This document shows positions 36,021-44,702 of a stretch of DNA of 60,516 nucleotides, piece after piece. Within the stretch, counting starts at the first letter, position 1. Each line of letters begins with the position of its first letter. The notes below the pieces were generated by a model. That model did not search any database, was not told where the DNA came from, and saw nothing but the letters and a program-made list of their open reading frames with translations. Source of the stretch: Gemmatimonadota bacterium (GTDB lineage Bacteria; Gemmatimonadota; Gemmatimonadetes; Gemmatimonadales; GWC2-71-9); NCBI GenBank assembly GCA_041488455.1, contig JBGPPG010000005.1:1-60516 (forward strand), in the 5' to 3' direction. The position numbers and the translations under genes were made by a program.

Positions 36021-36039
36021 CGGGGCCCGGAAGGCCCCG
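36021..36039 (-). terminator. GC-rich hairpin just downstream of the sigma factor stop
   Basis: CGGGGCC / GGCCCCG 7-bp stem with a 5-nt loop, 10 nt after the stop at 36049. No U-tract, so terminator function is uncertain. Confidence 0.35.
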
Positions 36040-36048
36040 TCGGCGGCG

Positions 36049-37311
36049 TCAGGCCGACAGGTCGCGCAACCGGCGCTCGAGAAACCGCCGCTCCGGCTCC
36101 TGGCGCGTGAGAGAGAGCGCCCGTTGGTAGGAGACCCGGGCGTCCGCCGTCCTTCCCAGTCGCCGGCACAGCTCCGCCCGCGCCGAGTGCGCCAGGTAGT
36201 AGTCAGCCAGATCGCCGCGGTCGAGGATGGCGTCGATGAGGGCGAGGCCAGCCGCCGGACCGTCGCGCATCGCGACCGCCACGGCGCGATTCAATTCGAC
36301 TACGGGCGAAGGACTCGTGAGCGCCAGTACATCGTACAGCCCGACGATGCGGGCCCAGTCCGTCGCGGCCGGGTTGGGTGCCTGAGCGTGCACCGCGGCA
36401 ATGGCCGCCTGGGCGGCGTACGGGCCGAGCCGGCCCGACGACAGGGCGTCTTCCACCAGCGCGGATCCCTCCGCGATCTGATCCCGGTTCCAGAGGGAGC
36501 GGTCCTGGTCGTCCAGGAGGATCAGGTCGCCCGTCGGCGACGCACGCGCCGCGCGCCGCGATTCGTGCAGCAGCATCAGCGCCAGGAGCCCGGCCGCCTC
36601 GGGCTCGGGCAGCAGCTCGACGAGCAGCCGCCCCAGGCGGATGGCCTCACCCGAGAGATCGGCCCGCGTGAGCGACGCGCCCGCCGATGCCGAGTAGCCC
36701 TCGTTGAACACCAGGTAGATCACCTGGAGGACCGTGTCCAACCGTTCCGGCAGGTCGGTCCGCGACGGCACCTGGTAAGGGATGCCCGCGTTGCGGATCT
36801 TTGACTTGGCCCGCACGATCCGCTGCGCGACCGTAGCGGGAGCGGTAAGGAAAGCGCGCGCGATCTCCTCGGTCGTGAGCCCGCACACCTCCCGGAGCGT
36901 CAGCGCGACCCGGGCCTCCGGTGGAAGGGCGGGATGGCAGCAGGTGAAAATCAGCCGAAGGTCGTCGTCGGGGACGTCCTCGTACTCCCATCTGGCGGTG
37001 GCCCGGGTGTCGGCGTCGAGCTGGTCGGCGAGCGTCGTCGCCGCGGCGTCGAACCGGGTGCGGCGGCGCAGGGTGTCGATGGCCTTGAAGCGACCGGCCG
37101 ACACGAGCCACGCCCGGGGATTGGCGGGGACGCTGTCCCGCGGCCACTGCTCCAGCGCCGAGGTGAAGGCATCCTGGAGCGCCTCTTCGGCGAGGTCGAT
37201 ATCGCCAAGCAGGCGGATCAGGGTGGCGAGGACGCGGCGCGACTCGGAGCGGTAGACCGCTTCTACCTTCTCGCGAAACCGCTCGGCCTCAGTCCCGCTC
37301 GTGGTATCCAT
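36049..37311 (-). CDS. ECF sigma factor with long C-terminal extension (ECF42-type)
   Basis: 420 aa. N-terminal sigma2/sigma4 regions (VLATLIRLLGDIDLAEEALQDAF; REVCGLTTEEIARAF) plus a helical-repeat tail of about 230 aa. DGPF genes are adjacent. Confidence 0.8.
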   Translation of the reverse strand: MDTTSGTEAERFREKVEAVYRSESRRVLATLIRLLGDIDLAEEALQDAFTSALEQWPRDSVPANPRAWLVSAGRFKAIDTLRRRTRFDAAATTLADQLDADTRATARWEYEDVPDDDLRLIFTCCHPALPPEARVALTLREVCGLTTEEIARAFLTAPATVAQRIVRAKSKIRNAGIPYQVPSRTDLPERLDTVLQVIYLVFNEGYSASAGASLTRADLSGEAIRLGRLLVELLPEPEAAGLLALMLLHESRRAARASPTGDLILLDDQDRSLWNRDQIAEGSALVEDALSSGRLGPYAAQAAIAAVHAQAPNPAATDWARIVGLYDVLALTSPSPVVELNRAVAVAMRDGPAAGLALIDAILDRGDLADYYLAHSARAELCRRLGRTADARVSYQRALSLTRQEPERRFLERRLRDLSA

Positions 37312-37325
37312 CGAGCCGATGAACG

Positions 37326-37487
37326 CTACTCGACCGGCGGGCCGCCCTCGGAAGTGGGCTGTTCGGGCAGCTCTGCCTCGGCGGAGGCTTTGGCCCGGTC
37401 CAGCTTGCGCTGGGCTTTCTCTTCCTTCTTGCGCTGCTTCGTCAGTTCCTTCTGACGCTTCTCGAATCCGTAGTTACGCTTCGGCAA
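37326..37487 (-). CDS. small Lys/Glu-rich protein (53 aa), below ORF-track cutoff
   Basis: TTG 37487 with GGAG 8 nt upstream. Translation (M)PKRNYGFEKRQKELTKQRKKEEKAQRKLDRAKASAEAELPEQPTSEGGPPVE*. Stop at 37326-28, 14 nt upstream of the sigma start. Confidence 0.6.
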   Translation of the reverse strand: MPKRNYGFEKRQKELTKQRKKEEKAQRKLDRAKASAEAELPEQPTSEGGPPVE

Positions 37488-37618
37488 AAGAGACGCTCCG
37501 CAGTGAGGGCTGGTGATGTGGAGGAGCCAAGCGGCGCCCCAGGGGGTAGCGACGCAGCCGTGGCAAGATAGCTCGCCGGAGGCGGCTGCGCGTTCAGGAG
37601 TCCCGTGCTCGCGTAGCG

Positions 37619-38086
37619 CTACGGCTTCGGCGCTTGCTGCTGAGGATCGTCAGCCGGATTCACATAGGTCATCGCAAAGGGGCCCATCGCGCTCACGGCG
37701 ACGATGGTTGCGCCCTTCGCGGCGGCGAAGTGGTGCGCGTTGGCCGGCACCAACCCCTTGTCGCCAACTTTCATGGGCTTCGTCTGCGCGGCGTCGAACT
37801 TGTCGCCCATGCCGACCAGAAACGTGCCCTGCTTTACCTCGACGCTCTCATCGGTGGGATGAAAGTGTGGCGGGATCTTGTAGCCGGAAGGCATGGACAG
37901 CTCGATGCTGAACGGCGCGGCCTTTCCGGGATCACCGCTCACCACCGCCATCTTGGCGCCCTTCGGGAAGACAGCGGGTGCGGGACCCCAGTGGAGTGCA
38001 GCCGGTTTGGCCGCGGGGCCCGCCTGAGCCTGGACCACGGAGGCGCCCAGGAGCAGGAAGTACGGAAGAGTGGCGAGGGACCGCAT
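37619..38086 (-). CDS. secreted cupin domain protein
   Basis: 155 aa from ATG 38086 (GGAGG 5 nt upstream). Signal peptide; YKIPPHFHPTDESVEVKQG cupin motif. Confidence 0.75.
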   Translation of the reverse strand: MRSLATLPYFLLLGASVVQAQAGPAAKPAALHWGPAPAVFPKGAKMAVVSGDPGKAAPFSIELSMPSGYKIPPHFHPTDESVEVKQGTFLVGMGDKFDAAQTKPMKVGDKGLVPANAHHFAAAKGATIVAVSAMGPFAMTYVNPADDPQQQAPKP

Positions 38087-38219
38087 GGAACCTCCGAGCG
38101 GTGGGAGTGGTGGGCTAAGGCGAGCCCGGGCGTCCGCCCGGCGACCCCGCAAAGCTGCCGGCCGGAGCACGCGGAGGCAAGACTGACGCGAGCCGTGCAG
38201 CCTGGGCCTGGAGCCTGTC

Positions 38220-38747
38220 TCAGCGAGGCGGTGCCCCGGGAGGAGCCGCGGGCCGAAGGTCGGTCCGCCGAGTGCAGGGGAGCGCCGCTTCGGCCCCCCA
38301 CGTGATCGTCCCGCTGTCCTCCCACTTGTACGAGCGCCGGACCGACGCGCAGGCGCCGTCGGCGCTCTCGTAGTGGAAACGTGCGCCGAGGGTGTCCGAA
38401 GCCAGAGTATCGTCGCGCGGAATGATGTCCACGAGCCAGGCGACCGCTCGGGCGCGGGGGTAGAGGTGTCGCGTTCCCACGGCGAGACTGTCTTCCCACT
38501 CCTGGGGTGGTGCGGTGAGGGCGGGCCACTTCTCCGGCGTGAAGCCCCACTGCTTCCCGGCTGTGTCCACGTAGGCGCCCACGGCGTAGAACGTCTCGCC
38601 GGACCGCTCGAGAAACGCCTTGGCCTGATCCATCAGGGCGGCATAGAGCACCGGTTGGTCCCGATGGGCGGGGCTCTGAGCCGGGGCCCGGGCTGGTGCA
38701 AGCCCTGCGAGAAGGCCGAGCAGGCGGACGGTCGTCCCTGAGCGCAT
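38220..38747 (-). CDS. secreted protein, hypothetical
   Basis: 175 aa. Signal peptide ending APAQS; non-repetitive sequence. Confidence 0.55.
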   Translation of the reverse strand: MRSGTTVRLLGLLAGLAPARAPAQSPAHRDQPVLYAALMDQAKAFLERSGETFYAVGAYVDTAGKQWGFTPEKWPALTAPPQEWEDSLAVGTRHLYPRARAVAWLVDIIPRDDTLASDTLGARFHYESADGACASVRRSYKWEDSGTITWGAEAALPCTRRTDLRPAAPPGAPPR

Positions 38748-38783
38748 GGGGCCGCTACCGCTGGATCCGCGCGATGCCGAAGA

Positions 38784-39404
38784 TCACCATGCCCCGTCGA
38801 AGAACTCGACGACGCCGGTCTCCAGAGAATACTCGGCCCCAACCACGAGCAGGCCATCCTCCTGGATCAGCTGCTCGAGCACCTGCGAGCCATGCCGGAG
38901 CTGGTTGGCGGAGGCGCGAATGTTAGCTCGCACCGCCTGCTTCACCAGAGCGTCCGAATCGTGGCTGAGGTCGGTCGTGAGCAGACCCTCGACCGACGGC
39001 CGTACGCGGTCCACGATCGACTGCAGGTTGCGGGACTGGTTCTCCGTCGGCCTTCGCAGCTCCTCGAGGGTGGCCAGAATGACGCCGCACTGGGAGTGGC
39101 CTAGGACCACGACCAGCCGCGTGCCGAAGCGCGCGGCGGCGAATTCGACGCTGCCGACCTGAGAGGGCGCCACGATGTTACCGGCGACGCGAATGACGAA
39201 CAGGTCGCCCAGGCCTTGATCGAACACGATCTCTGCCGGGACCCGCGAATCAGAGCAGCCGAGGACGATCGCGAACGGCTGCTGCCCGGCAGCCAGGTCG
39301 GCTCGGCGCGTGTGGCTCAGGACGGCATCGGAGCCGCGCACGTTGGAAACGAACCTGAAATTGCCGTCTCGCAGCCGGGCGAGCGCTTCACGCGCCGAAG
39401 CCAT
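38784..39404 (-). CDS. beta-class carbonic anhydrase
   Basis: 206 aa. CSDSR and GHSQCG zinc-ligand motifs. Confidence 0.9.
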   Translation of the reverse strand: MASAREALARLRDGNFRFVSNVRGSDAVLSHTRRADLAAGQQPFAIVLGCSDSRVPAEIVFDQGLGDLFVIRVAGNIVAPSQVGSVEFAAARFGTRLVVVLGHSQCGVILATLEELRRPTENQSRNLQSIVDRVRPSVEGLLTTDLSHDSDALVKQAVRANIRASANQLRHGSQVLEQLIQEDGLLVVGAEYSLETGVVEFFDGAW

Positions 39405-39443
39405 CGATGCTCCTCCTGTGGGCGTCGCCGGCCGCGCCGAAAG

Positions 39444-39755
39444 TCAGCGGGATCCCAGCGCCTCCATCGCCGCCGTGCCGGCAACGATGCGCAGCGCCTC
39501 GTCGCGGGTGAAGCCCTTGTGGACGAGGGCGTCAAAGTAGTTGCGCGTGAACGTCGCGAGCTGCTCCGCGACGTCGGCGCGGGTCAGGACAGTCAGACGC
39601 GCCTGAATTTGGGCCTGTACCCGCATCTCCGGTGAGCCGAGGGAATCCCTGCGCTGCTGCGCCGATGCGCGGCTCGGTGCTACGAGCAGCAGCGCCAGCG
39701 CGCACGGCAGCGAGAGGGAAGCGAAGATGCGGGAGGCTGGACGTGGCGCGCTCAT
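39444..39755 (-). CDS. small secreted protein, hypothetical
   Basis: 103 aa from ATG 39755 (GGAG 7 nt upstream). Signal peptide ending ASAQQ. Confidence 0.55.
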   Translation of the reverse strand: MSAPRPASRIFASLSLPCALALLLVAPSRASAQQRRDSLGSPEMRVQAQIQARLTVLTRADVAEQLATFTRNYFDALVHKGFTRDEALRIVAGTAAMEALGSR

Positions 39756-39778
39756 TGGCCGCTCCTGTTCTCGCCGGA

Positions 39779-40354
39779 TCACTCGGCGTTGGGAAAGTTG
39801 GTCGTCACTCCGCCCCGTTGCACCGTGCGGGCGACTCGCTCCGCAAAGATCCGCGTGCCGACCCGTACCATCTGATCGGGCTCGCCTTTCAGCTCGGTCG
39901 AGTCATCCAGCAGGATCTCGCCCGTGGAGACCTGGATCAGCTGTCCGGTGAACAGCCAGATGAGGTTGCTCGTCTTGCTGACCTTGGCCATGACGACCCA
40001 GGGCGCGTGGAGCGCCTCGCCCACCAGCCGCGCGCAGGCGACGATGACGCTACAGGACTGATCACCGGAGCGCGCCCGCGCGGCCGGTGATGCCGCGACG
40101 GCAGCCACGCTATCGGCCGCAAGCAGCTGCTTGCCCAGGAGCTCCTGGAGCCGGGTGCGCAGTACGTCGGTGGCGAGCCCCGACTTGCCCGAATCTGAAA
40201 TCTCCTGGAGGTTCGCTTGCGCAGTGTAGAGGGCGACGGGCAAGACCGCCACGGGTGCGGTGGGCAGCTCCCGAGGGCCGGTGGTCCGGGACTGGCCCGC
40301 AACCGCTGGAGGGAGGAGGACGGCGGCGAGCAGAGCAAAGGGCACGAGACGCAT
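39779..40354 (-). CDS. secreted protein, hypothetical
   Basis: 191 aa from ATG 40354 in track ORF 39779..40750. Signal peptide MRLVPFALLAAVLLPPAVAGQ. Confidence 0.6.
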   Translation of the reverse strand: MRLVPFALLAAVLLPPAVAGQSRTTGPRELPTAPVAVLPVALYTAQANLQEISDSGKSGLATDVLRTRLQELLGKQLLAADSVAAVAASPAARARSGDQSCSVIVACARLVGEALHAPWVVMAKVSKTSNLIWLFTGQLIQVSTGEILLDDSTELKGEPDQMVRVGTRIFAERVARTVQRGGVTTNFPNAE

Positions 40355-40398
40355 GGATGGCAGATTGACAGTGAGTGGCGGCCGGCGGAATGCCCGTC

Positions 40399-40689
40399 GT
40401 CTCGAATTATATAATCCGTTGGACGGAGGTCGGCTGGATCGACCGTCGCGAGCCGCACGAGGACGGTGGGATAGCCGCGGTAGTGGTCCGTGGTGAAGAA
40501 CGTCTCCGGATCGGCCCGGATGCGAAAATCCCGCTCTTCGAACCCGCACTTGATGGCCAGGAACTCCCCGTCTTCCCGCAAGCGGAAAAGAAAACTCCCG
40601 CGCACGCGAAAGGGCGGCGTGCCGTACGAGGTGCCTTCCTCGACCGCCGGGAACGCGAGCGCAAGCCGGCGCGCGGCCTCGAAGGTCAC
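40399..40689 (-). pseudogene. MmcQ/YjbR family gene, C-terminally truncated or replaced
   Basis: The first 97 aa or so of track ORF 39937..40689 fit YjbR (EGTSYGTPPFRVRGSFLF...HYRGYPTVLVRLATVDPADL). The expected C-terminal helix is absent in all frames. The open frame then runs through the next gene. Confidence 0.5.
40406..40415 (-). promoter_or_regulatory. AT-rich 10-bp palindrome containing a TATAAT box
   Basis: ATTATATAAT in an otherwise GC-rich stretch, about 50 nt upstream of ATG 40354, at the point where YjbR similarity ends. Confidence 0.35.
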
Positions 40690-41393
40690 TTGAGCGTCGC
40701 CAGATAGGCGCGAATGCGTGCGGCGTTCGTGCCGACATCACTCTTTCCAACCCGGGACACCGAGCGCACGTCGATCCGGCTCCCGATCGGAGCAGGTGTG
40801 ACCCGGACTACGATGTCGTCCTTGAAGCCGAACCAGCGTGTGGTGGCCGTGGCTTCGATACGGCCCCCGGCGGAGTCCGCGGCGACGAGGGCCCATCCCA
40901 TGCCCCTCGCCGCGTCGAGCGCCCGGGCAAAGGCCGCTGGAGGCGGTGCGGAGAGAGTGAGCGGCTGAATGTCCGGGTAGCCTCGGCGTTGCGCCTCGGC
41001 GACCTCGGCACCGCCGTATGCGCTGGGGTTCGGCGCGTCGGCGCGCAGCGGGAGCACCGCGACGAAGTCGGGCGGATGCTCGAGGTCCGTGCTGATGTCG
41101 TGGATCGGCGGCACAGCGCGCGCCCGCTGCCGCCAGTGCCAGGGAAGGTAGGCTACGCCAAGGCCCAGCCCAATCGCCACGACCAGGCTGGCGGGTGCTC
41201 CGGCCCGCGCCTTCGGGATCAGCAGCCCGACAACCGCGATGCCGGCCGCCGCCAGGCCCAGGTAGGCGGTCCAGCGAAGCAGCTGGAAACCGGCGCCGAA
41301 TGACCAGAGGCCCAGCCGGACGCCGGTCCCCGAAATGCCGAGCAGCGCGGCGGCGAGCACCGCGAGCGTGAGAGCGAGCTTAGCGAGTCTCAT
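40686..41393 (-). CDS. DUF1499 domain membrane protein
   Basis: 235 aa. N-terminal TM helices; C-terminal RWFGFKDDIVVRV...SRVGKSDVGTNAARIRAYL signature. Confidence 0.75.
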   Translation of the reverse strand: MRLAKLALTLAVLAAALLGISGTGVRLGLWSFGAGFQLLRWTAYLGLAAAGIAVVGLLIPKARAGAPASLVVAIGLGLGVAYLPWHWRQRARAVPPIHDISTDLEHPPDFVAVLPLRADAPNPSAYGGAEVAEAQRRGYPDIQPLTLSAPPPAAFARALDAARGMGWALVAADSAGGRIEATATTRWFGFKDDIVVRVTPAPIGSRIDVRSVSRVGKSDVGTNAARIRAYLATLK

Positions 41394-41433
41394 TGGTACC
41401 CCCCGTTCAGACCGTGCCGGCCGCTCACGGCTA

Positions 41434-41823
41434 TCACGCGGCGCCGGGATCGGGTTGCATCATGCCGACGATGTTGCCTTCGGTGTCCTTCACGTAGGCG
41501 AGCCAGCCCACCCCGGGGATCGGCATCTTGGCAACGGCGAGCGCGGCGCCGAGCCCGGCCGCCCGAGCCAGCAGGGCGTCGAGGTCCGCGACCTGCACGG
41601 TGCAGACGTAGGCATTCACCGGCTGACCGTCGTCGGGTGCAGGGCCCCGGCGGGACAGCAGACCGCCGTCGATACCGGGCTCGGTCGGCGGCCCGGTGCG
41701 AATCAGCCAGTAGTCCTGGGGCCCCGCCCAGTGGGTGAACTCCCAGTTGAAGAGGGTGCTGTAAAAGCGGATCGCCCGTGGCGGGTCTCCGGCGTGGATC
41801 TCGAAGTGAACGACGCGAGCCAT
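41434..41823 (-). CDS. VOC/glyoxalase family protein
   Basis: 129 aa from ATG 41823 (GGAGAG upstream). VVHFEIHAGDPPRAIRFY...VKDTEGNIVGMMQ. Confidence 0.8.
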   Translation of the reverse strand: MARVVHFEIHAGDPPRAIRFYSTLFNWEFTHWAGPQDYWLIRTGPPTEPGIDGGLLSRRGPAPDDGQPVNAYVCTVQVADLDALLARAAGLGAALAVAKMPIPGVGWLAYVKDTEGNIVGMMQPDPGAA

Positions 41824-41843
41824 CGGCTCTCCGGGGTAGGGGG

Positions 41844-42155
41844 TTAAGGTTGTGCCGGCGCCGGCTCCCGATCGCCATGACTGGGCGGCTGCGAGACCAC
41901 TAGGAAGTCGACCGGGTCCGCCGAGTCGTTGCGCGCTTCGTGGGGCACCCCGGGCTCGATCTCCAGCCCTTGTCCGGAGCTGAGTCGGTGGTGGCGGCCG
42001 GCGCACTCGAGGGTCAGCTGCCCCCGGAGCACATAGAAGAACTGCCGAGCTCGCCCATGGCGATGGCGCGACTCGCTCGCGCCGGGAGGCATGCGCTCCT
42101 GGATGATGCTGAGCTCGCCGCCTCTGAGCTGATCCAGTAGTCGCAGGCGTCTCAT
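41844..42155 (-). CDS. cupin domain protein
   Basis: 103 aa from ATG 42155 (ATGA overlap). ESRHRHGRARQFFYVLRG...GVPHEARN. Confidence 0.7.
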   Translation of the reverse strand: MRRLRLLDQLRGGELSIIQERMPPGASESRHRHGRARQFFYVLRGQLTLECAGRHHRLSSGQGLEIEPGVPHEARNDSADPVDFLVVSQPPSHGDREPAPAQP

Positions 42156-42532
42156 ACCCGGAGGGACGCGCGCAGTGGCTCGTTGTCCGCATATACCTGC
42201 CACTCGGCCACCTGGCCATCCCGCACGACGGCGCGCCACGCGGCCGGCACGGTCCAGGCTACGCCATTCGAGCGCCCGGCCGCTTCACCCACCAGCAGGA
42301 CGCCCGCCGCCAGCTCCGCCAGCGAGTGGACGGAGACGTGGTAGTCGTGGACGAGGGCAAAGTACGCCTCCCACCCCTGCCGCAGCGTCTCGCGCCCCAC
42401 GTAGATGGCGCCCAGCGAGTCGATCAAGCGATGATCGGTGCTGAGACATTCAGTCAGCCCTTCCACGTCATGGGCGTTGATGCGCTCGATGAAGGCGCGC
42501 ACGACAGTGCCGGGTGAGTCCGCCATGCGCAT
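42152..42532 (-). CDS. NTF2/SnoaL-like protein
   Basis: 126 aa. VRAFIERINAHDVEGLTECLSTDH pattern. Confidence 0.75.
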   Translation of the reverse strand: MRMADSPGTVVRAFIERINAHDVEGLTECLSTDHRLIDSLGAIYVGRETLRQGWEAYFALVHDYHVSVHSLAELAAGVLLVGEAAGRSNGVAWTVPAAWRAVVRDGQVAEWQVYADNEPLRASLRV

Positions 42533-42565
42533 CAGCTGCTGGTGACGGTGGAGTCTGAGTTGATG

Positions 42566-42615
42566 GGCCGCAGAGCCAATTCTACGCTCCGACGGCGCCC
42601 GCGGCTATCAGGGAC
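42566..42615 (-). repeat. intercistronic repeat family, copy A
   Basis: Exact 13-mer AATTCTACGCTCC at 42578-42590 and GGCTATCAGGG at 42603-13. Lies 35-80 nt upstream of ATG 42532. Confidence 0.6.
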
Positions 42616-42638
42616 GGGCGGAAGTCCACGATCGTCCG

Positions 42639-43106
42639 CTAGCCACACGCCATGCGTACCGGACGCCACGCCGCAGTGAACCGGCCCCGGATGGCTTGGC
42701 GACCGCGGAACTGCAGCTCGTAGCGGCCCCTCAACGCTGAATCGGCCGGGTCGCCCTCGAGGAGGATCCAGCCGCCCTGGGCCGGCTCGCAGGCGCTCTC
42801 GGCTGGACACCAGGCGGCCCTCCCCCGGTACCCGTCGCCGGACGCCTGGGCCTGTACCTCGAAGCGATGGCCGAGGCTCCGCGTGCGACTCGCGTAAACC
42901 GCGAGATCGAGGGCCGGGCGGCTCGGAGTGAACACGACCGAATCGGGAACCGGGGTCGGCGTCAGCACGATCCGAACCGCTGGGCCATCCCAGGGCGCGC
43001 AGTCGGCGTGGGCGTAGGCATGGGGCAGGGCGACGGGCGCCGTTTGGGCGGCGCACGTCCCGGCGGCGGCGAGCATCGCGGCAACGATTCCCGGGTGCGT
43101 TCGCAT
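42639..43106 (-). CDS. secreted Cys-containing protein, hypothetical
   Basis: 155 aa. Signal peptide ending CAAQT. Confidence 0.55.
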   Translation of the reverse strand: MRTHPGIVAAMLAAAGTCAAQTAPVALPHAYAHADCAPWDGPAVRIVLTPTPVPDSVVFTPSRPALDLAVYASRTRSLGHRFEVQAQASGDGYRGRAAWCPAESACEPAQGGWILLEGDPADSALRGRYELQFRGRQAIRGRFTAAWRPVRMACG

Positions 43107-43463
43107 TCAGGCACTGCCGCTGCGCGGCTGGCGACCCTTCTTGCGCCGGGCAACCGCCAGGGCGCGATCGACCCATGGTCGCAGAGCCTCCGGATCCTCG
43201 AGCAGGTCCTCCGGCACCGCATAGTACTGCATGACCTCTCCTTCGGGGCCCGCCGGGCGAAACGGACCCATCCCGCGCGCCTCGAAGTCGGGGCGGTTGG
43301 TGTCGTCGACCTTGAAATAGACGGTGTCCTCGTCAATCAGCGCGAAGAAAAGATCGCCACTGTAGATCCCGACCCCGCCGAACATGGCGCGGTCGCGCAC
43401 ATTCGTCACAGCGCGCGCGAGCTGTTCGAGCACAAGGGTCCGGAAGCTTGGGCTAACGCTCAC
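43107..43463 (-). CDS. TfoX/Sxy N-terminal domain protein
   Basis: 118 aa. RAMFGGVGIYSGDLFFALIDEDTVYFKVDD signature. Confidence 0.8.
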   Translation of the reverse strand: MSVSPSFRTLVLEQLARAVTNVRDRAMFGGVGIYSGDLFFALIDEDTVYFKVDDTNRPDFEARGMGPFRPAGPEGEVMQYYAVPEDLLEDPEALRPWVDRALAVARRKKGRQPRSGSA

Positions 43464-43929
43464 TTCGGCGAGCCAAAGGCCGGTTCAGCTCCGTGCGCCA
43501 TGCGGCCGGATCGGGGCTCGACTCCGGGCCCGCGACGTAGCACTCCCATAGATCCGGGGCCGGCGCGTGTCCCTCGGCGGCAAGCCACGCTTCAAACTCA
43601 GCCCAAGCGGGGCCGAGGCCCTCGTAGGGCCCGTGGTAGACCGTGCGCGCCACCGTCGCAGCGGGCAATTGGCTCGCCTTCACGCGGCCGGCGGCGGAGA
43701 CCGCTACGGTGACCGGCACGCCGATCTCGAAATCAAAGGTCTCGGGGTCCATCCTCAGGTGGTGCGAGAAGACCGGACCCGCGGAGACAATGCCCTGTGC
43801 GCCAACGGTTGCCATCACCTCGGCGATGGCCGGACCCATGACATGTCGGATCTCGGCCCGGGGGATGGTGAGTCGGATGATGGCGGTGAGCTGGGCGCCG
43901 GTTTGTACGATCCGAGGTTTATCGAGCAT
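43453..43929 (-). CDS. GyrI-like effector-binding domain protein
   Basis: 158 aa from ATG 43929 (GAGGAG upstream) in track ORF 43453..44238. ARTVYHGPYEGLGPAW...WECYV pattern. Confidence 0.7.
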   Translation of the reverse strand: MLDKPRIVQTGAQLTAIIRLTIPRAEIRHVMGPAIAEVMATVGAQGIVSAGPVFSHHLRMDPETFDFEIGVPVTVAVSAAGRVKASQLPAATVARTVYHGPYEGLGPAWAEFEAWLAAEGHAPAPDLWECYVAGPESSPDPAAWRTELNRPLARRSER

Positions 43930-43952
43930 GGGAGACTCCTCACCCCTCCGCG

Positions 43953-44177
43953 TCAGTTTGCGGGCGAAGCGCCCGCGCTTCCGGGAGTCTGCGGACCGGT
44001 GAGAAGCCGCCAGGCCCAGACGCTCAGGCCCGCGGTGACCACCAAGACGACGAGCGATGCCAGGGCGGGCAGCGGGTACCCCGCGATGAGCAGGGGCCAG
44101 CGCGCCAGCACGCGGACCAGATGCGCGACCGCGACGAGTGCGAACAAGATGCCTGAGAGCTGAACGTAGGTTCGCAT
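43953..44177 (-). CDS. small membrane protein, hypothetical
   Basis: 74 aa, two TM helices. Confidence 0.5.
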   Translation of the reverse strand: MRTYVQLSGILFALVAVAHLVRVLARWPLLIAGYPLPALASLVVLVVTAGLSVWAWRLLTGPQTPGSAGASPAN

Positions 44178-44218
44178 GACTGCCTCCGGATTCCGAATTC
44201 AACGTGACCGCCCATTCC

Positions 44219-44689
44219 CTATTCGACACGCAACACATGAAACATGCCCAGCGCGGCGTGCTGCGGCATCCCCGTCGAGTCCCGAAGCTGGCAAAACAGG
44301 ACGTAGGATCGGCCGCGGCGAAGGTCGAACGTCACGCTGGCCGGGGACGTCTTGCCCGGCCAGGCAAACAGGGCAGCGCTGACCTCGCCGTCCAGGTAGA
44401 CGTTCTGGAGCTGCCGAAAACCGACTCCCTGCTGGTGGGCGGCAAGGATCTCCGCGCTCGCGACACCTGGGCGCAGCAGGCCGATGAGCAGCTCATGTTG
44501 CTTCGTGCCACGATTCTCGAACGTGAGCGTCGTCGGTCCCGGCGGCGCTGCCTTTGGAGCGGTGAACGCATAGTCGTGAGCGATGACGTGAATGGTGGCG
44601 CGCGACGCCGCCGGAATACACGCGCTCACGAGCATCATGGCCGTGCTGAGGGGCAATGGCCATGCGCCATGAATCGGCAAGAGTTGCAT
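44219..44689 (-). CDS. secreted cupredoxin-like protein, hypothetical
   Basis: 156 aa. Signal-like N-terminus; IHVIAHDYAFTAP...FENRGTKQHEL...YVLFCQ pattern. Confidence 0.5.
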   Translation of the reverse strand: MQLLPIHGAWPLPLSTAMMLVSACIPAASRATIHVIAHDYAFTAPKAAPPGPTTLTFENRGTKQHELLIGLLRPGVASAEILAAHQQGVGFRQLQNVYLDGEVSAALFAWPGKTSPASVTFDLRRGRSYVLFCQLRDSTGMPQHAALGMFHVLRVE

Positions 44690-44702
44690 TCAGGCTCCGT
44701 TC

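Noticed and set aside
39937-40398. Remaining 150 codons of the 250-aa ORF 39937..40689
   Set aside because: It overlaps the signal-peptide-bearing gene 39779..40354 in another frame. It is Ser/Pro/Arg/Cys-rich with no YjbR similarity, so it is read-through of a truncated gene rather than coding sequence.
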